This document shows, piece by piece, positions 6,493-15,730 of a DNA stretch of 38,175 bases; position 1 is the stretch's first letter, and each line of letters opens with the position of its first letter. The notes under the pieces were generated by a model. The model was not told the DNA's origin and did no database searches. It worked only from the letters and a program-made list of their open reading frames with translations. Where the stretch lies: positions 1-38,175 of IMG/VR virus record IMGVR_UViG_3300032024_000018. One strand, given 5' to 3'. This DNA comes from a virus. The position numbers and the translations under genes are program-made.

Positions 6493-8391
6493 TTATTCGC
6501 CAAGAGCCTTCTTGACTTTTGCACGTGTTTTTGCATCTTTAATACCTTTCGTCAATAATCTAAAACTTGTCATAACAGGTGCTGGGACTCCAGCCGTCCC
6601 ACTAATAGCAATGTCCATCATGCCCGCCAAAACACTTGCAGTGTTGCTTGTGTTTACGCTACCAGGAGGCGCGACAAGCACGTCTTTGGCCACGTCGTTG
6701 ATGATACGAAGTTGCTCAGCTCCTTTCTTGCCAAACACAAAGTCAAGTTTCCCAGACTTGTCAAGTTGGGTAAGGACGCGGTCAAGCTGACCTGGTGACA
6801 GAATTGGGTTTCCAAGTTCATCTCGGCCCACGCCTTTAGTGGCCTCGTCACGCAAGAACTTGAGCGTACCGCCTTGAAGTTCTTTCCATGCCTGCTGGCC
6901 GTTTGGTCCTTCAGTTTGAAGCAGGCGACGAACTTGACGGACCGTGTCAAGAGATGTTGATGGGTCGATGACTGAGCGGCGTAGGACGTCCTCCATGGCA
7001 ATGGAACGATCATTTGAGCCGCGCTTTTGACCAAGAAGATTTTTCACCAGACCGATGTTCTCATAATCACTGCCAAACCGGGCTCTTGCTGCGCGAGCTT
7101 GCTTGTACATGTTACCACCCAGACCTTCAGTTGAAGCGTCAATGAGACTGCGCATCTGTGAGGCTTGCATGATGTTGGTTGGCTCAGCGTTCGTGGCGCC
7201 ACCGATCGATCGGCGGAACAACTCGGCGGTCTTCAAAGTGACAGGCTGGGCAATCAAAGTACCGTCTGGAGCTTCAGTTGCCACACCAAGCTGCAAGGCT
7301 TTGGCACGAGTTGCTTTGAGTACGTTGGCAACCTCAGCTTCAGGCGCGTTGTCGACCAAATGCTGGACTACCGTGTCAAGTTTGACAGGTGCTTCCATCT
7401 CGCCAGCCTTTTCAGCCTCCTTGTACAAGGTGCGTATACGCGTCTTATCGCGGGCAGCTCGATCACGAAGCGCCTTGTCCACGGTCAAGCCAATGGAACG
7501 CAAGTCAGGAGCTTCGGCTCCAGTCATGTCAATGAAAGTCTCAAGGTTTTGCTGAAGCTGCTTGTTCTGAGTGGCGAAGCGCTCACGGATGGGCGCCCCA
7601 ACCTCAGGCAGCTTGGCAGTCTCGCGCTCGAAGCGCTGCTGCTCAAACTGGCGCATCTTCTGGCCTTCAGTCAGCTTGATTGGCACAGGCAACTCATCGG
7701 CTTTGGCTTGGCGCAGAGTGGCCATATCCACACCAGCTGAACCACCAGATGCCTGAGTGCCAGGGGTGGGTTTCTTGGCAGTTGCGCCAGGCATGATTTC
7801 GCGGATTGGTTCGGCAGCTTTGGCCACAGCCTGGCCAGCTCGCTTGGTGGCCGCCACGACAGGAGCGGCTACACGACCTGCAGTTGCTGCGACAACTGGC
7901 GCTGCCATCTTGGTGCTGGCTGCCACGGCTCCGATTGGACCAACAACTGGGATGACAGGAGGGACGTTCTGGAGCACTTCGCCGACCGCCTGTACTTGTT
8001 CTTGACCTGACTGAGTGCGAGGAGCGTAGGTCAATGCCTGAGCTCCCTGCATGGCTGACTTTTGGACCAGGTTTGCCGCCTCTTGACTGCCGAATTGGCC
8101 TGACAGGATCTGCTCAGCCAAACCTTTCAGCGTGCCGCCAATAAGACCTGCGGTACCACCGACGGCACCAGTTCCTATGGTCAATGCAGCTTCACCGGCA
8201 CCGACGATCTTCTCACCAATAGAAGGTTCAACGTACTCAGGAGTCGTTCCTGGCACGATGGTATCTGGGATCTGGTTCGTGGTGTCTTGGCGCGCCTTGA
8301 CAAGCACAGCCGCCAAGCGCCGAGCAGCATCAAGGTCGCCAGCCTTGTCGGCGTTGACCAAGGCTTGCTCAAGTTCTTGGAGTGTTGCCAT
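6493..8391 (-). CDS. Large internal virion / ejection-type protein (632 aa)
   Basis: Position is between the tailspike and other ejection-like genes. Ala/Gly-rich segments and long helical regions. No enzymatic motif recognised. Confidence 0.4.
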   Translation of the reverse strand: MATLQELEQALVNADKAGDLDAARRLAAVLVKARQDTTNQIPDTIVPGTTPEYVEPSIGEKIVGAGEAALTIGTGAVGGTAGLIGGTLKGLAEQILSGQFGSQEAANLVQKSAMQGAQALTYAPRTQSGQEQVQAVGEVLQNVPPVIPVVGPIGAVAASTKMAAPVVAATAGRVAAPVVAATKRAGQAVAKAAEPIREIMPGATAKKPTPGTQASGGSAGVDMATLRQAKADELPVPIKLTEGQKMRQFEQQRFERETAKLPEVGAPIRERFATQNKQLQQNLETFIDMTGAEAPDLRSIGLTVDKALRDRAARDKTRIRTLYKEAEKAGEMEAPVKLDTVVQHLVDNAPEAEVANVLKATRAKALQLGVATEAPDGTLIAQPVTLKTAELFRRSIGGATNAEPTNIMQASQMRSLIDASTEGLGGNMYKQARAARARFGSDYENIGLVKNLLGQKRGSNDRSIAMEDVLRRSVIDPSTSLDTVRQVRRLLQTEGPNGQQAWKELQGGTLKFLRDEATKGVGRDELGNPILSPGQLDRVLTQLDKSGKLDFVFGKKGAEQLRIINDVAKDVLVAPPGSVNTSNTASVLAGMMDIAISGTAGVPAPVMTSFRLLTKGIKDAKTRAKVKKALGE

Positions 8392-9686
8392 TAGCGGGCT
8401 CCCCGCGTGTACTTCTTCACAAGCGCGTCGATGTCACCACCAGACGTACTCACAGCTGGCGTGTCAGGAATGGTCTCCGGTAGACCTGCGCGCGCAGTCA
8501 TGTTCTTGCGTGCCTTCATGACCAGGCGCTGGGCTTCCTTAACATTCTCAAGCAGGCGTTCAGGAGACTGCTTCAAACTGAAGTTCTGCAAGGCAGCTTG
8601 AAGCTTGTCACCTTCGGCGTTGGACAGGGCGCCCATGCCTTTGATGTTCGGGATCTGGGCCATGAAAGCCTGTGAACCAAGCGTCTCAACCAAGGCCTCG
8701 AAGTCAGCAGTGTCCTGTGTGAGGGTGGGCATGCGCGACGACACTGGGCCGGCAGCCGAACCAATCACGCCGATGGGAGTCTTTAAGATGCGGTCAGCAG
8801 TGTTGAGCATGTTGTCCATGCCAGACCGAACAGCTTCAAGGTCGGCAGCCTTGGCTCGCACGGCATCATCGCGCTTCTGAATGTGCTCTTGAAGCTTGAT
8901 CTGGTTTTCCTCGCGTTTGACCTGGTTGCCCTCGCGAGCAATCTGAGCATTGAGGGCGGCGATCGAAGCGTTCTGCTTGGCGATCTTGATGTCCTCTTGA
9001 ATCTTGGTGATGTCCCAACCTTTCTTCTGCAGGTCAAGCACGGCACCTGACTCAGCAAACTTGGCATCGACTGCGGCCTTCTGGGCTTTGGCCTGAGATT
9101 CAGTCAGTTTCGACGGTTGAAGTTCTGCATCACGTTGCTCGCCTTGAAGCTTAGTGAATGTTTCTGTGAACTTGTCAGGACCCATGGCCGATGCCAGGAA
9201 GAGACCTATGGAAGTCTTGGCCGTCTCGGGACTGGTCTTGATCAACACACCAAGGTCCTCAAGCGTCTTGGCTTTGCGCTCCTGTCCGGAGTTGCGGTAG
9301 GCTGTGGCTTGCTCAGTCAACAATTGTTGGGCAATCTCGGGTTTACCAGATTGGAGTGCGGCGTAGACCTGGGTGGCTTGACCCAAACGTGAATCCTTCT
9401 GCTCGGTGCTCAGCACATCGTAGGTGCGCTTGAAGTTCTCGCTCAGGCTGGGGTACTTGACCATCATGCTGGCCAAGGCCGACGGCGTCGGATTTTTAGA
9501 CAAGGTGCCGAGGTCGGCTTCCATCTGCGCCTGAGTCTCGCGAGCCTTTTGTAAGTCAAGAGCTTTTTGCTCAGCCAGATTGCGCTGCGACATCATGTTG
9601 GAAATGTTTAAGGCGTTTTGAACGCCACCCATGACCGATTGCGTCGGGTCTGGGACGTTGAGCATGTAGTTAAATGGTTGGGCCAT
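8391..9686 (-). CDS. Coiled-coil internal virion / ejection-type protein (431 aa)
   Basis: Highly helical, Gln/Ala/Lys/Glu-rich sequence. TAATG coupling to the downstream gene. Confidence 0.4.
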   Translation of the reverse strand: MAQPFNYMLNVPDPTQSVMGGVQNALNISNMMSQRNLAEQKALDLQKARETQAQMEADLGTLSKNPTPSALASMMVKYPSLSENFKRTYDVLSTEQKDSRLGQATQVYAALQSGKPEIAQQLLTEQATAYRNSGQERKAKTLEDLGVLIKTSPETAKTSIGLFLASAMGPDKFTETFTKLQGEQRDAELQPSKLTESQAKAQKAAVDAKFAESGAVLDLQKKGWDITKIQEDIKIAKQNASIAALNAQIAREGNQVKREENQIKLQEHIQKRDDAVRAKAADLEAVRSGMDNMLNTADRILKTPIGVIGSAAGPVSSRMPTLTQDTADFEALVETLGSQAFMAQIPNIKGMGALSNAEGDKLQAALQNFSLKQSPERLLENVKEAQRLVMKARKNMTARAGLPETIPDTPAVSTSGGDIDALVKKYTRGAR

Positions 9687-9688
9687 GA

Positions 9689-10333
9689 TTAGAACACCTT
9701 CAAAGCTTTGAGCGTGGCGATATTGCCGATGGTTCCGCCGATGTTACCCCACATCTGTGCTTGCGCCTGACCCTGGGCCAAAGCTGCACCAGCGGCTGCC
9801 TGGCCTTGCTGAGTCAGGGCATTGCCGATGTTGGCGCCCGTCTGCTGGGCTGCAGCTGCTTGGCCAGCAGCCGAAGCTTGGCCAAGGCCGGAGATGGTAC
9901 CAAGTTTGCTAAACTGTGACTCGATCAACTGACTGAGCAACTGCGGCCGAAATTGAGCAAGTGTTGCTTGGACGTTACCGCCGCGCAATCCGCCAGTAGC
10001 TGAGGCATTCTGCAAAATGGCGTTCTCACCTTGCTTCATCATGGACTGGAACTGAAGACCAGACTCAAGTGCTGAGATGGCTTGTTGCTGAGCTGCTGGT
10101 CCTGCAAGACCAAGAAGACCTTGTTGACCACCTATGGCTTGTTCACCTGCACCAACGTAAGGTGCCAACAGTTTCTGAACGGCGTCAAATTGGCGGCGTT
10201 GCTCCTCGATTGATGCTTGGCTAGATGCCGTCTGGGCACCTGCTGCTGCCGACGCCGCATCAGACTGGGCGTTGCTGGCCATCGCACCTGTGATGACCGA
10301 TCCGGCCACAACGGCCGTTGCGATTCCACTCAT
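9689..10333 (-). CDS. Gly/Ala/Gln-rich protein with an N-terminal hydrophobic segment (ejection-protein candidate, 214 aa)
   Basis: ATG at 10333 forms an ATGA overlap with the upstream stop. IATAVVAGSVITGAM is followed by AQ/GQ repeats. Confidence 0.45.
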   Translation of the reverse strand: MSGIATAVVAGSVITGAMASNAQSDAASAAAGAQTASSQASIEEQRRQFDAVQKLLAPYVGAGEQAIGGQQGLLGLAGPAAQQQAISALESGLQFQSMMKQGENAILQNASATGGLRGGNVQATLAQFRPQLLSQLIESQFSKLGTISGLGQASAAGQAAAAQQTGANIGNALTQQGQAAAGAALAQGQAQAQMWGNIGGTIGNIATLKALKVF

Positions 10334-11196
10334 TGGGTTTCTCCTTCGATTAAATTGATGCCCGAGAGGGCGAGGGCTTGGCGGTAGTCGACTGTGACCT
10401 CTTCGCCTTGGCTGCCACCAGCGCAACCAGCAATTCGCCGAATGGCCACAAGCCAGATGTCGCCGCTTTCGTCCTTGACAAACTTGGCGTTGGGGTCCTT
10501 TGCGTGGTTAGTGTACCGGCCAGCAGGTGTGCGCATGCCGTCAATCCGAGCCGGCGCAATGACTTCACCACTGTCAACTGGTGCGCTTAAAAAGACGCCT
10601 TTGCCCTCAATGGCCGAGTCTCGCACAGTGAACTTTGCAGCAAAGCCACTTGGCATGGGTATTTGGTCATGAGGATTTTCTGACTGGGCTCGCACCGAAG
10701 CTGGGGTAAAACCGGCAAGTCGAACAACAAGTTCAAAGTCCTCGCGGTCCTCGCGGCGATGGTATGTCTCAAGCTGCTTGGCAACTTCGGCATGAGCCTG
10801 CCACGTGGCACTTTTGTCAAGGAACATGGACTCAAGCTTGTCGATGTCGCGCTCCTCAGTGGCGTAGACGTTTTGCCAAATGCATGTCTCGAGGACGTAA
10901 CCAAGCTTGCGGCCAGGCTTACCCACAAAGATCATTGGTGCGCGCAGCACCTTGGTTTGGCCGTCGTCGCCGACCATGGCAACTGCGCCAGTCAGCATGA
11001 TGTTGAGGTGGTCAAACCGTTGCGCGTGGCCGATGGCAAGAGTGCCGGCAGGCAAGGTGACTTCGCGGATGTAGATACCCGGGCCGAAGTGGTGGACAAC
11101 TGGGCACTCGACTTGAGGCAAGTCCAGAAAATGTGACTCAACCTGCTCAATCTTGGCAGGGTCCGCAATAATGTGGGATTTGGCTTCAGCCAGCAT
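10330..11196 (-). CDS. Cupin-like N-terminal domain fused to a C-terminal SET domain (putative protein lysine methyltransferase)
   Basis: Strong RBS AAAAGGAGAG. SET motifs IEGKGVFLSAPVDSGEVI, YTNHAKDPNAKF (NHxxxPN) and GEEVTVDY (aa ~186-272, nt ~10381-10641). N-terminal HHFGPGIYIREVTLPAGTLAIGHAQRFDHLN is cupin-like (nt ~10882-11109). Confidence 0.75.
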   Translation of the reverse strand: MLAEAKSHIIADPAKIEQVESHFLDLPQVECPVVHHFGPGIYIREVTLPAGTLAIGHAQRFDHLNIMLTGAVAMVGDDGQTKVLRAPMIFVGKPGRKLGYVLETCIWQNVYATEERDIDKLESMFLDKSATWQAHAEVAKQLETYHRREDREDFELVVRLAGFTPASVRAQSENPHDQIPMPSGFAAKFTVRDSAIEGKGVFLSAPVDSGEVIAPARIDGMRTPAGRYTNHAKDPNAKFVKDESGDIWLVAIRRIAGCAGGSQGEEVTVDYRQALALSGINLIEGETQ

Positions 11197-11253
11197 TCAA
11201 ACTCTCCTTTTCAGGGCGGTATGAGCTGCTGGCTGCTCGTTAGGCTCAGCTGC

Positions 11254-11304
11254 TGTGGTATCTAGTACCACAGGTGGTCAGATACTAACACGCATCTGAC
11301 CACC
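11254..11304 (-). terminator. Two adjacent hairpins in the 118-bp gap upstream of the cupin-SET gene (attenuator or processing/stability element)
   Basis: tgtggta-tctag-taccaca (11254-11272), then ggtggtcagat-actaacacgc-atctgaccacc (11273-11304; 11-bp stem). There is no clear U-tract on the minus strand. Confidence 0.4.
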
Positions 11305-11314
11305 TTGTAAACCA

Positions 11315-11650
11315 TCAGGTTATTTCGCGGCCACTAGCTCGGATTGTCAAAGACGTGACGGCCCCGGCTATTGTGGAAATGAAGCCGCCTGGCTCTAACA
11401 CCTGGCCCACAAGTTCTGGGAAGGTGTATGTCTCACCTGGTGCCACAGCCCTGGCATTCACAACCAAGTTACTGACTCCAGCAGTCCCACCAGATGCCAC
11501 AAGATTAACGCTCAGAGTGACGTTGGCTGCACTTGTGTTTGTGGCAGTAAACTTGTCAATGATGGTTTTACAGTTTGTGGCCGTATACTGAGTGGTTTGA
11601 GCATTTTCAGCCTGCTTTGATTGGACGAGTGTTTTGACTAGGACTGACAT
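11315..11650 (-). CDS. 111-aa beta-rich protein, paralogue A of a tandem pair (tail/virion-associated?)
   Basis: AAGGAG RBS. Shares NT..., V.V.LV.SGGTAG.SN and LTI.ASG.E with the neighbouring 111-aa ORF. Confidence 0.55.
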   Translation of the reverse strand: MSVLVKTLVQSKQAENAQTTQYTATNCKTIIDKFTATNTSAANVTLSVNLVASGGTAGVSNLVVNARAVAPGETYTFPELVGQVLEPGGFISTIAGAVTSLTIRASGREIT

Positions 11651-11660
11651 TTCATTCTCC

Positions 11661-11996
11661 TTAAATTGCTTCAGCGCCGCTGGCTGTGATTGTCAAGCCG
11701 GCCGAAGCCGCTTGGATTTGAATAGTCTCACCCGCATTCATAACCTGGACGCCGTTGTATTGAAGCGAGTTGTTGGCAGGTACGGCGACGTCATATAGAA
11801 ACGCATTACTAGTTCCAGCAGTTCCAGCCGATGGAACCAAGAACACGCGTACATTGATGGATGCGCCAGTTGTGTTGGCAATGCTGAACTCCTTAAGCAT
11901 TGTACGTGTACTGGCCGGGACAGTGTAAAGTATGGTTACACCTGTTGTGACGGCCGCCTGGCCAAGTTTTGTTGGTACGATGTTTTGATAGGTCAT
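11661..11996 (-). CDS. 111-aa beta-rich protein, paralogue B of a tandem pair
   Basis: ATG at 11996 overlaps the upstream TAA by 1 nt. Same length and conserved blocks as 11315-11650. Confidence 0.55.
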   Translation of the reverse strand: MTYQNIVPTKLGQAAVTTGVTILYTVPASTRTMLKEFSIANTTGASINVRVFLVPSAGTAGTSNAFLYDVAVPANNSLQYNGVQVMNAGETIQIQAASAGLTITASGAEAI

Positions 11997-13003
11997 TACA
12001 TGCTCATCCATTCAAGCACCTGCACAGCAGATGCCGGTCTATTTTCCCACCGACTTTGGCTTGCGTCATAGACAAGCAGGTCAAATTCGTTGGGGCCTCC
12101 ACCATTCAGATAAACGTCTTGAAGATTGCTTAGTGACTTACTTAACTCCATGCGGACAAAGACAGACCCTGGACCACCTGATCCGGCATTCACCACAACT
12201 GCAACTGGGACAGCTATATTTGGTGCTACAGGTTGGACGTTTGTCCAAGTGCCTGGTATTGCAGGATCGAAGTACAACAGGTCACCGTCGCTCCAGACCT
12301 CTCCGTATGGGGCGCCAGTCGTGTTAAAGCCACGCACCAAACCAAAGCTGGTCACGTAGCCAAAAGCATTGTCGTCAATGTCCTGAGTGGCCACGCCCAT
12401 CATGTATTCAACAGGAACTGACCCGTCGGCAACGGCCAGGCCAAATGTCAACTTACCAGAGGCCCCAATGGTACCAGTGAACATCACTGTGGAACCGTTG
12501 GTGATCAACGCACCGCTTGTGTTCTTGGCGTAGTAGTGAATCTCTTGTCCTACTTGTAGCACGCTGCCACCATACAACCCGACATCCATGGTGCCATCAT
12601 CACGGTTCCATTGCACTCGGCGTGCCTGAGTGATATGCGGTCCGATCTCAGACAGGTCAATGTAATCCGTCACAACCGAGTTGTTGTTCTGGATAACGGG
12701 GGCAGTGGCCAACATCTCTAGCGCGTTGGCAATGCGGCCAAGTGCGTCAAGAGCTTGTACGGCTTTTTGGTCAGCTGCGCCACTGTCGATGGCGGCATCT
12801 TGAGCAAGTCTGACAATCTGAGCCAAGGCTTCATTTGCAACCGCTCCAGCGTTGCCTGCTTGGATGCTGATGCCAGTTGTGTCAGAACTTGGAGACACCT
12901 CGTCGACAACTTGAATGAGTTTCTCAAACTGTTTGACCAACTCATGGTTCTTGAGGAACGTAGCAAGTTGGTCTCGAGTGAAATTAAGTTTCTGAGTGGC
13001 CAT
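11996..13003 (-). CDS. Needle/fibre-like protein: N-terminal coiled coil plus C-terminal beta domain (335 aa)
   Basis: ATG at 13003; the track start at 13009 is TTG. Helical heptad-like N-terminal ~100 aa. It follows the gp10-like gene, where P22 has gp26. Confidence 0.45.
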   Translation of the reverse strand: MATQKLNFTRDQLATFLKNHELVKQFEKLIQVVDEVSPSSDTTGISIQAGNAGAVANEALAQIVRLAQDAAIDSGAADQKAVQALDALGRIANALEMLATAPVIQNNNSVVTDYIDLSEIGPHITQARRVQWNRDDGTMDVGLYGGSVLQVGQEIHYYAKNTSGALITNGSTVMFTGTIGASGKLTFGLAVADGSVPVEYMMGVATQDIDDNAFGYVTSFGLVRGFNTTGAPYGEVWSDGDLLYFDPAIPGTWTNVQPVAPNIAVPVAVVVNAGSGGPGSVFVRMELSKSLSNLQDVYLNGGGPNEFDLLVYDASQSRWENRPASAVQVLEWMSM

Positions 13004-13005
13004 GA

Positions 13006-14409
13006 TCAATACGCCAGTGGTTCAAGTTGCGCCTCAAGGCGAACAAACGAGATGTGAGCTTGGCTGTCACCCCTGAACCGCTGTATTCTCCAATTGCGCA
13101 TGTGACCTTGTTGGAGCCACACCAATCGCTTTTTCGTATTGCCAGTCGTTCCCGCACGGATTATTCTGTCTTGGCTCCAGGCCATACCATCAACAGAATA
13201 ACTTGTTGAGATGGTGGGGTCGGCGCCAATTGCAGTGCGCCCAGTCAAAGCAACAAGTTCGAGTTCATTGAAGATGGCACCACGGCCTTCGTTGTAGACA
13301 ACCAACGTTCCAAATTCCCAACGTACAATCTGGCCCCAATGGCTGCTGATGTCTTGTGACATGTAACCAATCACTGAGGATTGAGGATCGCCAACCAACC
13401 ACTTGCCGTAGGCCCAGACAAAGTTCTTGGCTCTGAACTGATTAAATCCTGCAGTGCTTGTTGTCAATGTGAACCAAACATGCTCTTCAAGTACGCCAGA
13501 CGCTGCGGCGTCGTAGACTAAGGTTCGGTCAGGAAGGTGGACATACAGATGCTGGTGGCTTTTGTCATTACGCGCCTCAAGTTTTACAGCAGCAAGTTGG
13601 CCCTCAGTATATTGGAGCAGTATCTGGTCGATTTCTTGAGTGCTGATCTTATTTGCAGTGGCATTGGCACCAAGGTAAATGCCCGGCTCTTCATTGCGCC
13701 CACTACCAAGAAAGGCAACTGTCTCAACAAAGACACAGCAGGCAAATGTGCCGAGTACGCCCTTTTGAACCTGCGCTCCATCAATACGTTGGAATGGGAA
13801 GAAGTCGCCACCGACGTTGTCAAAAACCTCAATGGTGTTGCGGTTTAGGGCATAGATCTCATTGCGCAATTTCACAAGTGCTACAACAGGATCAGGATCA
13901 GCTTCAGAACTGCCGTACTTTAGTGGGTTGACCTGAGTTGGATCGTTTAGCTCAGTGATGACAAGACTCGACCCATCCGTCGTCATGAAGTAGCCATCAA
14001 CCCAAACAACATCAAGCACAACGCCAAGATCTGGGTCGGTCACTTGAGTAAGCGAGCCGTTCCAATAGTACAGACGACCTCCTGACGCAATGGCCAGGCG
14101 GTCAAAGCTGCAGTCAAATGAGACTAAACTGTCAACTGTCCCGCCAACGTCTCCAAGTACTATTACGGTGCCATCACCGGCTACTGTTACAAGCTTGGTC
14201 CCCATGACCCGGTAACACACGCCGTTCCAGTTGATGCCGCCGCGATCCACGCCAGGACCAGAGCCGTCAGATACCAATCCATCGGCAGGACGCAAAAACC
14301 CATTGCTGATACCAGACTGCTTCGGCACTGGAACCATGTTGACAGGGTAACTTGTACGCAGCTCAGGTTCACTCCCTGCGTAGATGCCATTTAGGATTGG
14401 GATCTGCAT
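13006..14409 (-). CDS. P22 gp10-like tail hub / packaged-DNA stabilisation protein
   Basis: N-terminus MQIPILNGIY...SYPVNMVPVPKQSGISNGFLRPADGL parallels the P22 gp10 N-terminus (PVNM...PK...GYLR..PG). Size 467 aa against ~470. Confidence 0.7.
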   Translation of the reverse strand: MQIPILNGIYAGSEPELRTSYPVNMVPVPKQSGISNGFLRPADGLVSDGSGPGVDRGGINWNGVCYRVMGTKLVTVAGDGTVIVLGDVGGTVDSLVSFDCSFDRLAIASGGRLYYWNGSLTQVTDPDLGVVLDVVWVDGYFMTTDGSSLVITELNDPTQVNPLKYGSSEADPDPVVALVKLRNEIYALNRNTIEVFDNVGGDFFPFQRIDGAQVQKGVLGTFACCVFVETVAFLGSGRNEEPGIYLGANATANKISTQEIDQILLQYTEGQLAAVKLEARNDKSHQHLYVHLPDRTLVYDAAASGVLEEHVWFTLTTSTAGFNQFRAKNFVWAYGKWLVGDPQSSVIGYMSQDISSHWGQIVRWEFGTLVVYNEGRGAIFNELELVALTGRTAIGADPTISTSYSVDGMAWSQDRIIRAGTTGNTKKRLVWLQQGHMRNWRIQRFRGDSQAHISFVRLEAQLEPLAY

Positions 14410-14419
14410 TCAGTTCACC

Positions 14420-14875
14420 TTAGGCAATGCGGTACCAGCTATTTGTGGCCGCGTAATAGCGAACGCGGAACGAACCGTTGGCAGCAAGTGTTGTGGGAGC
14501 ACCGTAAGCATTTGCAGCACCATTCAACGCCAATGTGAAGGCGGTGATGATTTGGGTTGTTGTTACAAGCACTTCAGTTCCGTCAGGAGTCTGGGTGTTC
14601 AATGGCAGTGTGACAGTACCTGACGCGAGTGTGCCAGCAGGTTGAAGGATCAACCATTGTTGTTCGCTGACTGGTGTCTGCACAGCCACATTAAATCCAG
14701 TTCCAGGAGTGGCAAGTTGGGTGGCCAACGTAGGAGACGCAAATTGCTGCTGGAAGAAGGCGAGCAGCTGGCCAATCGAGACCTTGCGCGCATCTCCATT
14801 GTTCGGCACGTAAATAGGCAGAAGGTCACCGCTGGAAAGCTGGCTCAGCCCTGAAAGTTGATTGATTGTTGGCAT
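14420..14875 (-). CDS. Tail-associated protein (151 aa) with TINQL...GDLLPIY N-terminal motif
   Basis: Strong RBS GAGGAGG. This N-terminal motif is common in phage fibre/adaptor proteins. It lies between the gp4-like and gp10-like genes. Confidence 0.45.
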   Translation of the reverse strand: MPTINQLSGLSQLSSGDLLPIYVPNNGDARKVSIGQLLAFFQQQFASPTLATQLATPGTGFNVAVQTPVSEQQWLILQPAGTLASGTVTLPLNTQTPDGTEVLVTTTQIITAFTLALNGAANAYGAPTTLAANGSFRVRYYAATNSWYRIA

Positions 14876-14884
14876 GGTGCCTCC

Positions 14885-15367
14885 TCAGTTAAATTCGATG
14901 GGACCGTCTTGGCCAGCAAGCACTGGGTCGACAGGTTTACGCAAGAACGGGTCGTCATACGTGCGCCATGGCTTGTTACCAGCACCGGACGGCATCGTAC
15001 CTGGGAACTGTTGCTCAGGTGGAAGTGCTGCACGCGACATCAGTGTGTCGTATATGGTCTTGGCAATGCCCTTGGCGTCAGGCGATACCGTCTTGCCAAA
15101 GCTTGGTGCCAGTCGCACGCCCAGGTTGGTGTAAATGGCTTCGTTGGCTGAGTCAGGCACGTTGGTCTGCTCATCAAGATCGCTATCATCAGGAGACGAG
15201 GGTGTGGGGTAACCCAGGCGGATGCCCTTAGCATTCCAAGACGCCATCATGGAGTCCAGTCGGCGAAGGGCGCTCTGCAGTTGATCAGGTGTCAGGTCGA
15301 AGACGTAAGCCGCCAACCCGATTTCCTCGAAGGCCTGTGTGACGAATTGGCGCTTAGTCCAGCCCAT
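14885..15367 (-). CDS. P22 gp4-like tail adaptor / head-completion protein
   Basis: 160 aa. The D..MM..W pattern and the C-terminal GTMPSGAGNKPW resemble P22 gp4 (RMPTGSGN). Confidence 0.7.
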   Translation of the reverse strand: MGWTKRQFVTQAFEEIGLAAYVFDLTPDQLQSALRRLDSMMASWNAKGIRLGYPTPSSPDDSDLDEQTNVPDSANEAIYTNLGVRLAPSFGKTVSPDAKGIAKTIYDTLMSRAALPPEQQFPGTMPSGAGNKPWRTYDDPFLRKPVDPVLAGQDGPIEFN

Positions 15368-15369
15368 GA

Positions 15370-15699
15370 TTACTCCTTGGCGAGAGCTGCGGTGATCGCG
15401 GCGCTGAGTTCAGCGTCGGTCGTCTTGGTGGTGAACTTGATGGCCAATTCTTTGGCTTTGGTCTCGAGTTCTTTGCGAGTTGGAGGCGTGGTGTCATCAG
15501 ACTTTACCACCGGCTTGTCCTGAGCGTCAATGGCCTCAGGCAACGTGGTGAACCAACCATCGGCCAACTTGTTGTCGAGATCGGTCTGGTCATTGGCTGC
15601 GGCGTAGTCGTACGTGCCGCCAGCGCGGGAATGTGGGCCTTTGCCCTTGTAGACGAGCGTGGGGAACTGGTCGTCAGCAGTTTTGGTTTGTTCGGTCAT
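15370..15699 (-). CDS. Hypothetical 109-aa protein with a C-terminal HeH/SAP-like helix-extended-helix motif
   Basis: Sequence PTRKELETKAKELAIKF..TDAELSAAITAAL. Located between the coat and adaptor genes. Confidence 0.4.
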   Translation of the reverse strand: MTEQTKTADDQFPTLVYKGKGPHSRAGGTYDYAAANDQTDLDNKLADGWFTTLPEAIDAQDKPVVKSDDTTPPTRKELETKAKELAIKFTTKTTDAELSAAITAALAKE

Positions 15700-15730
15700 T
15701 TGGTGTCCTCAGATGAATTGATCAACAGGT

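Noticed and set aside
11315-11996. Tandem paralogues as template/variable repeats of a diversity-generating retroelement
   Set aside because: No reverse transcriptase is present anywhere in the genome. The divergence is protein-wide rather than adenine-specific nucleotide substitution in a near-identical repeat.
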